Assembly: GCA_902635975.1 (NCBI GenBank)
Contig: CACPQC010000001.1
Location: forward strand, 18,780-82,779
Source of the DNA: an uncultured Pelagibacteraceae bacterium
GTDB taxonomy: Bacteria; Pseudomonadota; Alphaproteobacteria; Pelagibacterales; Pelagibacteraceae
DNA: 64,000 nucleotides
Reading direction: 5' to 3'
In this document: piece by piece, positions 51,188 to 61,572 of the stretch
Layout: every line of letters starts with the position of its first letter
Numbering within the stretch: the first letter of the stretch is position 1
Notes under the pieces: generated by a model
Told to the model about the DNA's origin: nothing
Database searches by the model: none
The model's input: the letters and a program-made list of their open reading frames with translations, nothing else
Position numbers and translations under genes: made by a program

Positions 51188-52408
51188 ATGAGCGAATTTT
51201 CTCAGAATGGAATTATTTCAACATTACATGATTTTGGAACAAGATCGACTGAAGAAATCGAAAAAGATTTATTAAAATTCTCTAAAGAAAGAAAAATGGA
51301 ATTAATTTTACCATGTCTTTATTCTGAATTAGAAGGTTCAGCTTTACCAAATATAGTAGAAGAAATAAGTAAAACTAAATATTTAGATCACGTTATAGTG
51401 GGACTTGATAGAGCTAATGAAAATCAAGCAAAAAAAGCTTGGAAATTTTTTAAAAAATTGAAGTCTCCTTTTTCAATTTTATGGAATGATGGACCTGCTT
51501 TAAAAAAACTAGATAAAGAGTTAAAAAAAAAAGATCTTGCTCCTAACGAATTAGGCAAAGGAAGAAATGTTTGGTATTGTCTTGGAATGTCTATTGCAAG
51601 AGACACTGCTCGGTCCGTTGCTCTCCATGATTGCGATATCAAAACTTATGATCGAAGAATGCTAGCAAAACTTTTTTATCCTGTGGTTAATCCGCTTTTT
51701 AATTTTGAATTTTGTAAAGGTTATTATCCAAGAATTGCAAATAATAAAATGAATGGACGAGTTGCAAGATTGCTTGTTTTTCCTCTGTTAACTGCCTTAG
51801 AAAAAACAATTGGTACAAGTGATTATTTGGAGTTTATGAAGTCGTTTAAGTATCCCTTAGCAGGAGAATTTTCTTTTAGACGTAACGTTTTACCAGAATT
51901 AAGAATATCCTCAGATTGGGGAATTGAAGTCGGAATTTTGTCAGAAATGCAAAGAAGTTTTTCTCCTCAAAATATATGTCAAGTTGATTTAGCAGATACT
52001 TATGATCACAAACATCAAATTTTATCCTCTGATGATGAAACTAAGGGGTTGTCAAGAATGTCCATCGATATCATTAAAACATTCATAAAAAAATTAGCTA
52101 CTCAAGGCAATTCATTTAGTAGAGAAAAATTTAGATCACTTAAAGCAACTTACTATAGATCTGCACTTGATTTGATAGATATATACAGAACTGATGCTGA
52201 TATGAATGGACTTCAATTTGACTCACACACTGAGGAAAAAGCTGTTGAATTATTTGCAGAAAATATAATGAAAGCTGGAGAATCTTTTATACTAAACCCA
52301 ATGGATACGCCCTTCATACCAACTTGGAGTAGAGTGAAAAGTGCAATTCCTAATTTTTTAAAAAGATTAGAGGAAGTAGTTAATGAAGATAATAAAAAAT
52401 ATAGCTAA
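51188..52408 (+). CDS. gpgS: Glucosyl-3-phosphoglycerate synthase (GT-A)
   Basis: F.QNGIISTLH, GKGRNVW, HDCDI, GRVARLL, YPLAGE, WGIEVG, YDHKHQ. Confidence 0.88.
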   Translation: MSEFSQNGIISTLHDFGTRSTEEIEKDLLKFSKERKMELILPCLYSELEGSALPNIVEEISKTKYLDHVIVGLDRANENQAKKAWKFFKKLKSPFSILWNDGPALKKLDKELKKKDLAPNELGKGRNVWYCLGMSIARDTARSVALHDCDIKTYDRRMLAKLFYPVVNPLFNFEFCKGYYPRIANNKMNGRVARLLVFPLLTALEKTIGTSDYLEFMKSFKYPLAGEFSFRRNVLPELRISSDWGIEVGILSEMQRSFSPQNICQVDLADTYDHKHQILSSDDETKGLSRMSIDIIKTFIKKLATQGNSFSREKFRSLKATYYRSALDLIDIYRTDADMNGLQFDSHTEEKAVELFAENIMKAGESFILNPMDTPFIPTWSRVKSAIPNFLKRLEEVVNEDNKKYS

Positions 52409-54132
52409 TGTTATCTACATCTGGTCAGAAGAAAATAGAAACAAAATTAAGAAATATATATCGCTCCTTATATTCAAAAATAGAAATCGAAATTTATTCT
52501 AAAGAAATCTCAGAAATAATTAAAAAATTTAACGAAAAAAATAAAAAAAAAAATAAGCTATTATCTGAAAAAACCTCAATTGTAATTTGCTATGGAGATA
52601 GTGTTTTTAACAGTAATCAAAAATATCAAATAAAAGGTTTTCAAAATTTTTACCAAAAAAAACTAAAAAATTATTTTAATACTGTTCATTTTTTACCATT
52701 TTACCCATCAAGTAGTGATAGTGGTTTTGCGGTAAAAGATCATTATAAAATTGATAACCGAATTGGAAGATGGTCTGATATTTCAAATTTTGCCAAAAAG
52801 AATGACGTAATGGCAGATATAGTAATTAATCATTCGTCTGCTAGAGGCTTATGGTTTAGAAACTTTTTGAAAAAAAAAAAACCTGGTAAAAACTATTTTT
52901 TAACAGTTAACTCTAAGTTCAATACTTCAAAAGTTGTAAGACCTAGAGATCATCAACTACTCAAAAAAATTAATATATTTAAGAAAAAAGAATACTTATG
53001 GAGAACTTTTAGTCCTGATCAGCTAGATTTAAATTTTAAAAATCCTGCAGTTTTATTACGATTTATTAAGATAATGATAAATCTTTTAAATCACGGCGTA
53101 ACAATTTTTAGATTGGATGCAATTGCCTATCTTTGGAAGGAAAGTGGTTCTAAATGCATAAATTTGAAACAAACTCACGAAATTATAAAACTTTTAAGAC
53201 TAATTTGTGGTTTTTTGAATGTGAAAACCATCTTAGTTACAGAAACTAATTTACCAGAGAAAGAAAATTTAAGTTATTTTGGAAAAAAAGATGAAGCTAA
53301 TTGGATTTATAATTTTTCCTTATCTCCCTTATTAATTCATGCTTTTTTATTTGAAGATAGCTCTTATTTGACTAGATGGAGTAAAAAATTACCCGCCACA
53401 AAACAAGGCAATAATTATCTTAACTTTATTGCTTCTCATGATGGTATAGGAATGAGACCAGCTGAGGGAATTCTAAGTAAAAAAACAATTAGAAATTTGC
53501 TAAATAGATTAAAAAAAAATGGTTCAAAATTTTCTTTTAGAAAGATTAAAAATAAATCTAAAAAGGTTTATGAAGCAAATATAACAGTTTTTAACGCTTT
53601 AAAAAAGTCTGATGCTGATAAAAAAGGCAAATTTTACTTTGAAAGATACATTTCAGCTCATGCAATAATGATTTCCTTTGAGGGTGTTCCAGCAATATAT
53701 TTTAATTCATTGTTTGGTACATCAAATGATGAGTCCAAATATATAATAACTGGAAATAATAGAGACGTAAATCGATACCGATGGAACCAAAAAGTTATTC
53801 TAAATCACCTTAAAAACTCAAAATCTAAACAAAGTATTTTCTATAAAAGCTTAACTAATCTTTTAAATATTAAATCAAAACAAAAAGCTTTCCATCCAAA
53901 TGCTTCAAGAACAACTCTGAATATTGGTTCAAAAATATTTTGTTTTAAGAGAACAAGTATTGATAAAAAACAATCAATTATTTGTGTAACTAATCTGTCT
54001 TCCAAAAATCAAAAACCTAATTTAAAAAAATTAAGTAATTATAGGGACCTGATAAATCCGAATTTAAAATTAAAAAAAGAAACCTCATTAACATTAAAAC
54101 CATTCCAAACGGTATGGTTAACAAATAACTAA
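52408..54132 (+). CDS. GH13_18 phosphorylase, probably glucosylglycerate phosphorylase
   Basis: HFLPFYP.SSDSGF, RLDAIAYLWK, TETN, ASHDGIG, YEANIT. Confidence 0.85.
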   Translation: MLSTSGQKKIETKLRNIYRSLYSKIEIEIYSKEISEIIKKFNEKNKKKNKLLSEKTSIVICYGDSVFNSNQKYQIKGFQNFYQKKLKNYFNTVHFLPFYPSSSDSGFAVKDHYKIDNRIGRWSDISNFAKKNDVMADIVINHSSARGLWFRNFLKKKKPGKNYFLTVNSKFNTSKVVRPRDHQLLKKINIFKKKEYLWRTFSPDQLDLNFKNPAVLLRFIKIMINLLNHGVTIFRLDAIAYLWKESGSKCINLKQTHEIIKLLRLICGFLNVKTILVTETNLPEKENLSYFGKKDEANWIYNFSLSPLLIHAFLFEDSSYLTRWSKKLPATKQGNNYLNFIASHDGIGMRPAEGILSKKTIRNLLNRLKKNGSKFSFRKIKNKSKKVYEANITVFNALKKSDADKKGKFYFERYISAHAIMISFEGVPAIYFNSLFGTSNDESKYIITGNNRDVNRYRWNQKVILNHLKNSKSKQSIFYKSLTNLLNIKSKQKAFHPNASRTTLNIGSKIFCFKRTSIDKKQSIICVTNLSSKNQKPNLKKLSNYRDLINPNLKLKKETSLTLKPFQTVWLTNN

Positions 54133-54139
54133 AATTTTT

Positions 54140-54541
54140 TTAACTCACTAATGCCTTTTCGAGATGCTTTTTATCTAAATCACAATCCTTGTAACCACGC
54201 TTAACCACGTTCAAATATCTTTCTGTTGGAAACCTAAATGGGGTTTTTTCAACCATTGTATAGGTCATTACTTTTTTTCCATTATAATTAAAATAAAATT
54301 TTTTATATAGAATTGGAAAATCTTCATAAATATCTAATTTCTTTTCATCACTTTTAGAAATTTCAAATAATCCTCCTGGTACAACTGAATTTTTACTCGG
54401 TTCAATATCAGCTGCACGGTATTTGCTCCTAAAAGTCAATCTGAAATCTTTCAAATTTATCTTTTTAAGAAAGATGCTATCTTTACATCTTTTTTTCATT
54501 TGAGAATGATGAAGATTACTGCCGTAAGCAAAGTAAAGCAT
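54140..54541 (-). CDS. Gamma-glutamylcyclotransferase/AIG2-like protein
   Basis: YFAYGSNL, LDIYE. Confidence 0.85.
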   Translation of the reverse strand: MLYFAYGSNLHHSQMKKRCKDSIFLKKINLKDFRLTFRSKYRAADIEPSKNSVVPGGLFEISKSDEKKLDIYEDFPILYKKFYFNYNGKKVMTYTMVEKTPFRFPTERYLNVVKRGYKDCDLDKKHLEKALVS

Positions 54542-54570
54542 TTATTATCTTAGAATTTTAATTTTATTCA

Positions 54571-56331
54571 TTATTGTCCCATAGCTTCTCTTGCTTGTTC
54601 AACAGAATAATTTGTACCATGAGCAGCGTTATATGCTTCAACTGCTGCTGCAAAACTATCATAACCAGCGCCAGCTGCTACTGCCTCTAAATCAACACTA
54701 ACACCTGCTGCACTTGCTGCAGCAATTGTATCTGCTACCTCCTGTAAACTTGCACCAGCAGCCTGAGCAAGAGCACCAGCATCAAAAGAACTTATAGATC
54801 CATTTGAAAGAGCCTCAATCACATTTAAGTTATCTTGATAAGCCGATGCATATTCCTCAACAGACCAATTCGCACCATATTGAGCATTCGCAAGATCTGT
54901 TAAATCAGCATAATTATTAATATCTAAACCTCTAAAATCGCCCATAGCTCTTGCAAAATCATCTAGAGAGAAATTAAATTTAAAAGATTCTGATACTTGC
55001 GACACTGTTTTTGCAATATCATCAATTGACTCATCAGAAATTACATTTTTAAAATCCTCAATATCAATAATCTCCCTAAAATTTTGTAAAGCAAGTTGAG
55101 CCTTTATTTCTAGTATTTGCTCGTCAGATAACACGACTTCAATACCATTACTATCTTGTACTTTTGTTGGTATTGGATTTTTCCAAGCATTAGCCCAATC
55201 ACTCAAGGCCCATTTGTTCATTTCTGCCGTTGAGGCTAATTGCATATTTAGTGAATCTAATTTAACATTTAAATCGTTTCTGTATAAATCTAGAAGCCTA
55301 TTAACAGGTAGACCATTATTTTCAAGATTCAAAATATCTAATTGAATTTTGTTTGATTTAATATTTCTATTATTTTTTGTAAATTTTGTTATATCACCAA
55401 GAATTTTTAATTCTTCGTCCTTAAAATCACTAAAATTAGCTTCTGTCAAATCTTGCTCAAAACGTTTTGGGAGATTGTTCTTTTTAAGATCTTTTAATAT
55501 AAAATCTGCTAGTCTATAACCACTTAAAGCGACTAAGGGATTTTTATTTGCTAAATCTGGTAATTCAATTATTAATGAATTTAATAACTCATACTCCCTA
55601 AAAATTTCAGCTTTTTTAAGAGATCTTTTCAATTTTTTAGAATTTTTTTGATTTTCTTTTAAATATTTTTTCTTTGTAAGTCTTTCTTCTGTCAATTTTT
55701 CAATTGATTTAATTGTTAAAGCTAAATGTTTATTGACTTCTTTGTGGATCTTTAATTTTTTCTTTTCTTCTTTAGATAGTTTAATTTCTTGAGTTTTAGC
55801 TTGGTTGAACAACTTATACATCGTGAAATAAACCTTGATTGCCTCCTCAGGAGAATTTTCTATAGTTAGCCCTACTGCTTCTCTCATTGTTTGTCTTGCT
55901 TGATTTAAATTATGAATTTTCTGCATTACCTTTTTACCACTATTTGGATATTTAATTTCAAATCTCTCTAAATCTTTTTCATGATCTTTTAATTGTTGCA
56001 TATAAAAAAACTCAAAATAAGCCATACCCTTCATCATCTGGTGTGGATATTTATCTAACAGGCCTTTTTGATCCACGAAAATTCGTTTGACTTCCTCTTG
56101 TGACTTTTTAGAACGTGAAACAAAAGTTTTTAATTTTTCTGGAAATAATTCTTTTGGTACAGTTTTAATTTTTTTGAATTTACCTATAGCTTTTAAATCT
56201 TCCTTAAACACTCCTAATTTTTTCTCTTTTTCGGTTCTTTCTAGTCCAGCACTACTTGTAATTAAAAGAGAACTGATAAATAAAATCGATGTTAGAGTTT
56301 CTAGTATTTTTTTTAAATTTTTAAAAAACAT
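54571..56331 (-). CDS. Large secreted hypothetical protein
   Basis: Signal peptide, Lys-rich helical N-half, acidic Ala-rich repeated C-terminus; no recognisable family. Confidence 0.8.
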   Translation of the reverse strand: MFFKNLKKILETLTSILFISSLLITSSAGLERTEKEKKLGVFKEDLKAIGKFKKIKTVPKELFPEKLKTFVSRSKKSQEEVKRIFVDQKGLLDKYPHQMMKGMAYFEFFYMQQLKDHEKDLERFEIKYPNSGKKVMQKIHNLNQARQTMREAVGLTIENSPEEAIKVYFTMYKLFNQAKTQEIKLSKEEKKKLKIHKEVNKHLALTIKSIEKLTEERLTKKKYLKENQKNSKKLKRSLKKAEIFREYELLNSLIIELPDLANKNPLVALSGYRLADFILKDLKKNNLPKRFEQDLTEANFSDFKDEELKILGDITKFTKNNRNIKSNKIQLDILNLENNGLPVNRLLDLYRNDLNVKLDSLNMQLASTAEMNKWALSDWANAWKNPIPTKVQDSNGIEVVLSDEQILEIKAQLALQNFREIIDIEDFKNVISDESIDDIAKTVSQVSESFKFNFSLDDFARAMGDFRGLDINNYADLTDLANAQYGANWSVEEYASAYQDNLNVIEALSNGSISSFDAGALAQAAGASLQEVADTIAAASAAGVSVDLEAVAAGAGYDSFAAAVEAYNAAHGTNYSVEQAREAMGQ

Positions 56332-57080
56332 TAACGATCTACAATTTCAATTTTTTTTTCTTTAATAAATTCTAAAATTTGAGAACTACAATTATCTATT
56401 TTGGATTGATTTTCAGATCTAAGAACAACCGACACTCCCAGCTTTCCTGCGTGAAAAAAAGGGTAGCTACCAATTTCAACATCTTGATTTTGATTTTGAA
56501 CTTGTTTTAGTGATTTTGCAATTTCACTTTCTACTGTTTTAAAATTCAATGTGTGACTTAATATAGGTTCACCTCCAACGATTTTATTTGTTAAGCCGCC
56601 TAGCATAGATTTCATAATTGAGGGTACACCTGGCAAACAAAATACATTTTTTACACTAAATCCTGGAGCACCACTTGTTGGATTTAAGATCAACTCAGCA
56701 TTTTCAGGCATCCAAGCCATTCTTTGTCTACCTTCATTAAATTCGCCAGGTTGATAGTAAGATTCTAAAATTTTAAATGCCTCTTTATGTATCTCATATT
56801 TTATCCCAAAAGTTTTAGCTACAGACTCAGCGGTAATATCATCATGAGTAGGTCCTATCCCACCAGTTGTAAAAACATAATTATTTTCATTTCTTAATAC
56901 ATTAAGGGTATCAATAATAATTTTTTCAACATCAGGTATAACTCTTACCTCGTTAACTTTTACTCCAATTGAATTTAACCAAGTTGCTAAAGTGCTAGTA
57001 TTAGTATCTTGTGTTCGACCAGAAAGAATTTCATTACCAATAATTAGGATAGCAGCATTTACTTTTGTGTTTTTTGTCAT
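56331..57080 (-). CDS. CinA N-terminal/molybdopterin-binding domain protein
   Basis: IGNEILSGRTQDTN, GGIGPTHDDIT, LPGVP. Confidence 0.9.
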   Translation of the reverse strand: MTKNTKVNAAILIIGNEILSGRTQDTNTSTLATWLNSIGVKVNEVRVIPDVEKIIIDTLNVLRNENNYVFTTGGIGPTHDDITAESVAKTFGIKYEIHKEAFKILESYYQPGEFNEGRQRMAWMPENAELILNPTSGAPGFSVKNVFCLPGVPSIMKSMLGGLTNKIVGGEPILSHTLNFKTVESEIAKSLKQVQNQNQDVEIGSYPFFHAGKLGVSVVLRSENQSKIDNCSSQILEFIKEKKIEIVDR

Positions 57081-57100
57081 TTTATATGTATAATTTGAAA
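57081..57100. promoter_or_regulatory. Putative bidirectional promoter with overlapping -10 elements
   Basis: TATAAT (+, 57089-57094) and TATACA (-, 57092-57087), each 6 nt from an ATG. Confidence 0.45.
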
Positions 57101-57799
57101 ATGAAATTTACCAAGTCTTTATTAAAAGGTAAACTAATCAAAAGATACAAGCGTTTTTTTGTTGATGTGCAATTAAATAAAGAAATTGTAACGGCTCATT
57201 GTCCAAATACTGGCTCTATGAAAGGCCTTCTTGATGAAGGTAATGAGGTTTATTTACTTAAAAATGACGATCCAAAAAGAAAATTAAAATACGGCTTAGA
57301 AATTATTAAAGCTAAAAATAATTTAGTTGGAGTTAATACTCATATGGCTAACAAGATTGTAAATCATGGATTATCGAATAATTTAATTAAAGAATTAAAT
57401 AAAAATGACTCAATTAAATCTGAGGTTTCTTATAACAAAGAAACTAGGTTTGATTTCTTAGTCGAGAAAAATAAGCAAAAAAGCTTTATTGAAGTAAAAA
57501 ATGTAACCCTTTTTAGAGATAAAAAAACTGCTGAATTTCCTGATGCAATTACAACAAGAGGCTCTAAACATCTTCTTACCCTTATTGATGCCATAAAAAA
57601 AGGGTATAAAACATATTTAATATTCCTGGTTCAAATTCAAAATATGGAATATTTTAAAATAGCTAAAGATATTGATGATAAGTATCATAAGAATTATTTG
57701 AAAGCTAAAAAAGCAGGTGTTAATTTTTTAGCTTATAGGTGTAAAATTAGTTCAAAAGAAATTTTAATAGAAAAGAAAATAAAAATTATTAATGGATGA
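57101..57799 (+). CDS. sfsA: Sugar fermentation stimulation protein A (nuclease-like)
   Basis: KRYKRFFVD, AHCPNTGSM, IEVKNVT, FPDA.T.RG.KHL. Confidence 0.95.
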   Translation: MKFTKSLLKGKLIKRYKRFFVDVQLNKEIVTAHCPNTGSMKGLLDEGNEVYLLKNDDPKRKLKYGLEIIKAKNNLVGVNTHMANKIVNHGLSNNLIKELNKNDSIKSEVSYNKETRFDFLVEKNKQKSFIEVKNVTLFRDKKTAEFPDAITTRGSKHLLTLIDAIKKGYKTYLIFLVQIQNMEYFKIAKDIDDKYHKNYLKAKKAGVNFLAYRCKISSKEILIEKKIKIING

Positions 57800-58565
57800 T
57801 TATTCAGAAAAGTTTGAAAAGATGAGAATTGCTGGAAAGCTTGCTGCCCAAACACTTGATATGCTTACAGAAAATATCAAAGAAGGTATTTCAACAGCCC
57901 ATATTGATAAACTTGGATACGAGTTCATAAGAGACAACGGTGGTTACTCTGCTCCTCAATACTATCGAGGATTTACTAAATCTTTATGTACATCTCTTAA
58001 TCATGTTGTTTGTCATGGTATACCTTCAGAAGATAGAATTTTAGAAGAAGGCGATGCAGTGAATGTTGATGTAACAGCTATAGTTAATGATTACTATGGG
58101 GATACAAGCAGAATGTTTTGCATTGGGAATATTTCTGTAAAGTTAAACAACCTTATTAATGCAACTTATGACTCAATGATGAAGGCTATTAAAATTTTAA
58201 AACCTGGAATTAAGATGGGAGACATAGGTTACGAAATTCAATCGAATGTTGAAGAAAAAGGTTTTTCTGTTGTAAGAGATTTTTGTGGACACGGAATTAG
58301 TTCTGTTTTTCATGAGCCACCAAATGTTTTACACTATGGCAAAAAAAACACTGGTATGGAATTAAAGCCTGGAATGACTTTTACAATAGAACCTATGATT
58401 AACGAAGGTAAATTTGATACAAAATTGCTCAATGATGGTTGGACTGCAGTTACTAAAGATAAATCTTTATCTGCACAATTTGAACATACAGTAGGAATTA
58501 CAGAAAATGGTTATGAAATCTTTACAGAATCTGCTAAAGGTTATTCAAAGCCCCCATACTTATAA
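57792..58565 (+). CDS. map: Methionine aminopeptidase type I
   Basis: VCHGIP, GDTSRM, GHGI, FTIEPM, AQFEHT. Confidence 0.98.
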   Translation: MDDYSEKFEKMRIAGKLAAQTLDMLTENIKEGISTAHIDKLGYEFIRDNGGYSAPQYYRGFTKSLCTSLNHVVCHGIPSEDRILEEGDAVNVDVTAIVNDYYGDTSRMFCIGNISVKLNNLINATYDSMMKAIKILKPGIKMGDIGYEIQSNVEEKGFSVVRDFCGHGISSVFHEPPNVLHYGKKNTGMELKPGMTFTIEPMINEGKFDTKLLNDGWTAVTKDKSLSAQFEHTVGITENGYEIFTESAKGYSKPPYL

Positions 58566-58568
58566 TTA

Positions 58569-59861
58569 ATGATAAAAAGATACTCAAGAAAAGAACTCAC
58601 TGATATTTGGTCAGAGGAGAATAAATATAAGATCTGGTTAGATGTTGAGATTGCGGCAGCTCAAGCAATGGAAAAGCTAGGTCAAATACCAAAAGGTGTA
58701 TCATCAGTTGTCAGGAAAAAAGCAAGAATTAATGTCAAAAGAATTCATCAAATTGAAAATCAAGTAAAACATGATGTAATTGCTTTTTTAACTTCGGTTA
58801 CTGAAAAAGCAGGAATTAAAGCAAGATATCTTCATCAAGGCATGACTTCATCTGATGTTTTAGATACAAGTTATAATATTCAACTAGTCCAATCAGGAAA
58901 AATAATCCTTAAAAACCTAGATCAAATTTTAAAAGTTTTAAAAAAACAAGCAAAAAAATACAAATTCACACCTTGTATGGGAAGAAGTCATGGAATACAT
59001 GCTGAACCAATTACATTTGGTTTAAAACTTGCATCTTTTTATGAGGAATTTAAAAGAAATAAAAAAAGATTAATAAGTGCAATAGATGAAGTATCAACAT
59101 GTGCAATATCAGGGGCTGTAGGAACTTTTGCAAACATTCATCCAAATGTTGAAAAACATGTTGCCAAAAAACTTAATCTAAAAATTGAGCCGATTTCAAC
59201 TCAAGTAATCCCCAGGGATAGACATGCTTTCTATTTCTCAGTTTTAGGAATTATCGCTGGTTCGATAGAGCGAGCTGCTACTGAAATAAGACATCTTCAA
59301 AGAACAGAAGTTTATGAGTTGCAAGAATTTTTTTCAAAAAATCAAAAAGGTTCTTCAGCTATGCCTCATAAAAAAAATCCAATCTTGAGTGAAAATTTAA
59401 CTGGTCTTGCAAGAATGATTAGAAGCGCAGTTGTTCCTGCGTTAGAAAATATAGCTTTATGGCATGAAAGAGATATTTCTCACTCAAGTGTAGAGAGAAA
59501 TATCGGCCCAGATGCAAACATTACTCTAGATTTTGCGTTGGTTAGATTAACAAATATTTTAGACAATATGGTTGTTTATCCAAATAAAATGCTTGAGAAT
59601 TTGAATATCACAAAAGGTTTAATTTTTTCTCAAGAATTAATGCTTGAGCTTACGAAAACTGGTTTAACTAGAGAAAAATCTTATAAAATGGTTCAAACAT
59701 ATTCAAAAAGATGTTTTTCTGAAAATCTCAATTTGTATGAAGCTATTCAATCCGATAAATATATAACAAGTAAAATCTCATCAAAAAGATTAAGATCTAT
59801 TTTTAGTTACTCTAAGCATTTTAAGAATGTAAATTTAATTTTTAGAAGAGTTTTTAAATAA
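58569..59861 (+). CDS. purB: Adenylosuccinate lyase
   Basis: [20 protein letters not shown]. Confidence 0.98.
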   Translation: MIKRYSRKELTDIWSEENKYKIWLDVEIAAAQAMEKLGQIPKGVSSVVRKKARINVKRIHQIENQVKHDVIAFLTSVTEKAGIKARYLHQGMTSSDVLDTSYNIQLVQSGKIILKNLDQILKVLKKQAKKYKFTPCMGRSHGIHAEPITFGLKLASFYEEFKRNKKRLISAIDEVSTCAISGAVGTFANIHPNVEKHVAKKLNLKIEPISTQVIPRDRHAFYFSVLGIIAGSIERAATEIRHLQRTEVYELQEFFSKNQKGSSAMPHKKNPILSENLTGLARMIRSAVVPALENIALWHERDISHSSVERNIGPDANITLDFALVRLTNILDNMVVYPNKMLENLNITKGLIFSQELMLELTKTGLTREKSYKMVQTYSKRCFSENLNLYEAIQSDKYITSKISSKRLRSIFSYSKHFKNVNLIFRRVFK

Positions 59862-60646
59862 TGAAAAAAGGAAAAAAATTATATGAGGGTAAAGCAAAGA
59901 TTATTTATGCAACACAAGATAAGAATTTGGTAATACAATATTTTAAAGATGATGCTACAGCGTTTAATAACCAAAAAAAATCTACAATTGAGGGAAAAGG
60001 AGTTTTAAATAATAGAATTTCAGAACACATTCTCTCAAATCTGTCCCAAATAGGAATTAAAAATCACCTAGTCAAAAGATTAAATATGCGTGAACAAGTA
60101 ATAAAGTTGGTTGATATTTTACCAATCGAATTTGTTGTCAGAAATGTTGCTACTGGTTCGTTAACCAAAAGACTTGGTATAGAAGACGGAACTGTTCTTA
60201 AAGAACCTTTAATTGAGTATTGCTTGAAAGACGACAAACTTGGAGATCCATTGATAGCTGAAGAGCATATTTATGCTTTTGAATGGGCAACAAAAAAAGA
60301 GATAGATAAAATTAAAAAGATGATACTAAGAATTAACGATTTCATGATTGGTATGTTTAGAGGGGTTGGCATCAACCTTATTGATTTTAAATTAGAATTT
60401 GGAAGAATAAAAATTAGTGGAAAAAATGAAATAATTTTAGCCGATGAAATAAGTCCAGATACTTGCAGATTGTGGGACTCAATAACTGATAAAAAACTTG
60501 ATAAAGATAGATTTAGAAAAGATTTAGGAGGATTGATACCTGCTTACACTGAAGTTGCTAAGAGATTAGGGATATTACATGAACAGTCTAATATATCTGC
60601 AGTGAATGTAACAAAATTGTCATCCGTAAAGAAAAAAAATAAATGA
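59861..60646 (+). CDS. purC: SAICAR synthetase
   Basis: [26 protein letters not shown]. Confidence 0.98.
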   Translation: MKKGKKLYEGKAKIIYATQDKNLVIQYFKDDATAFNNQKKSTIEGKGVLNNRISEHILSNLSQIGIKNHLVKRLNMREQVIKLVDILPIEFVVRNVATGSLTKRLGIEDGTVLKEPLIEYCLKDDKLGDPLIAEEHIYAFEWATKKEIDKIKKMILRINDFMIGMFRGVGINLIDFKLEFGRIKISGKNEIILADEISPDTCRLWDSITDKKLDKDRFRKDLGGLIPAYTEVAKRLGILHEQSNISAVNVTKLSSVKKKNK

Positions 60647-60885
60647 AAATATCAGCAATAATAACATTAAAAAAAGATGTTTTAGATCCTCAAGGAAAAG
60701 TAATACACCAAACTTTAGAAGGTATGAATTTTAAAAATGTTAATGAGGTTAGACAAGGAAAATATTTTGAAATTGATGTTAACGAAAACGATCCAAAAAA
60801 AGCTAAAGAGATTGTGGAAGATATGTGTGAGAAACTTTTGGCTAATCTTGTCATTGAAAATTATAAAATTATTGAGATACAATAA
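60643..60885 (+). CDS. purS: FGAM synthase subunit PurS
   Basis: [16 protein letters not shown]. Confidence 0.97.
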   Translation: MKISAIITLKKDVLDPQGKVIHQTLEGMNFKNVNEVRQGKYFEIDVNENDPKKAKEIVEDMCEKLLANLVIENYKIIEIQ

Positions 60886-60888
60886 TTA

Positions 60889-61572
60889 ATGAAATCATCA
60901 GTAATTACCTTTCCTGGTTCAAATTGCGATAGAGACATGGACGTTGCTTTAAAAAAGTTTGGTTTCAAGAATAAAATGGTTTGGCATAATGATCCTGAAT
61001 TACCTAAGAGTGATTTGGTTGTTTTACCAGGTGGCTTCTCGTATGGAGATTACCTGCGTTGTGGTAGTGTTGCTTCTAAATCTAAAATTATGCAATCAGT
61101 AATTAATTTTGCTAAATCAGGAGGTTTAGTAATGGGTATTTGCAACGGTTTTCAAATATTAGTTGAAACTGGTCTGGTCCCAGGAGTTTTATTAAGAAAT
61201 AAATATTTAGAATTTATTTGTAAGAACGTATTTGTAAAAATTGACAATAAAGACAATCCTTACTTCAAAAATCTTGAAAAAGATATTTTTGAACTTCACA
61301 TTGCACACAACGAGGGAAACTATTTTTGTACCGAAGACCAATTAAAAGAAATTAAAGATAATAATCAGGTAGCAATCTATTATTGTAACAATGATGGCAA
61401 AATAGAGGAAGAATTTAATCCAAATGGTTCAATTAAAAATATTGCTGGAATTTTAAATAAAGAAAAAAATGTATTAGGAATGATGCCTCACCCTGAGCGA
61501 ATGATTGATAGTTGTTTGTCTGGTGAAGATGGTTCCTTATTTTTTAAAAACCTTCTTAATAATATTAAATAA
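60889..61572 (+). CDS. purQ: FGAM synthase glutaminase subunit
   Basis: FPGSNCD, GICNGFQ, MMPHPER. Confidence 0.98.
   Translation: MKSSVITFPGSNCDRDMDVALKKFGFKNKMVWHNDPELPKSDLVVLPGGFSYGDYLRCGSVASKSKIMQSVINFAKSGGLVMGICNGFQILVETGLVPGVLLRNKYLEFICKNVFVKIDNKDNPYFKNLEKDIFELHIAHNEGNYFCTEDQLKEIKDNNQVAIYYCNNDGKIEEEFNPNGSIKNIAGILNKEKNVLGMMPHPERMIDSCLSGEDGSLFFKNLLNNIK

Noticed and set aside
52867-52881. Long poly-A runs in coding sequence (e.g. A12 in the phosphorylase) as phase-variation or frameshift sites
   Set aside because: The frames are intact, and Lys-codon A-runs are ubiquitous in this AT-rich genome.
52408-54132. Sucrose phosphorylase
   Set aside because: TETN/YEAN motifs and the gpgP/gpgS context favour glucosylglycerate phosphorylase.
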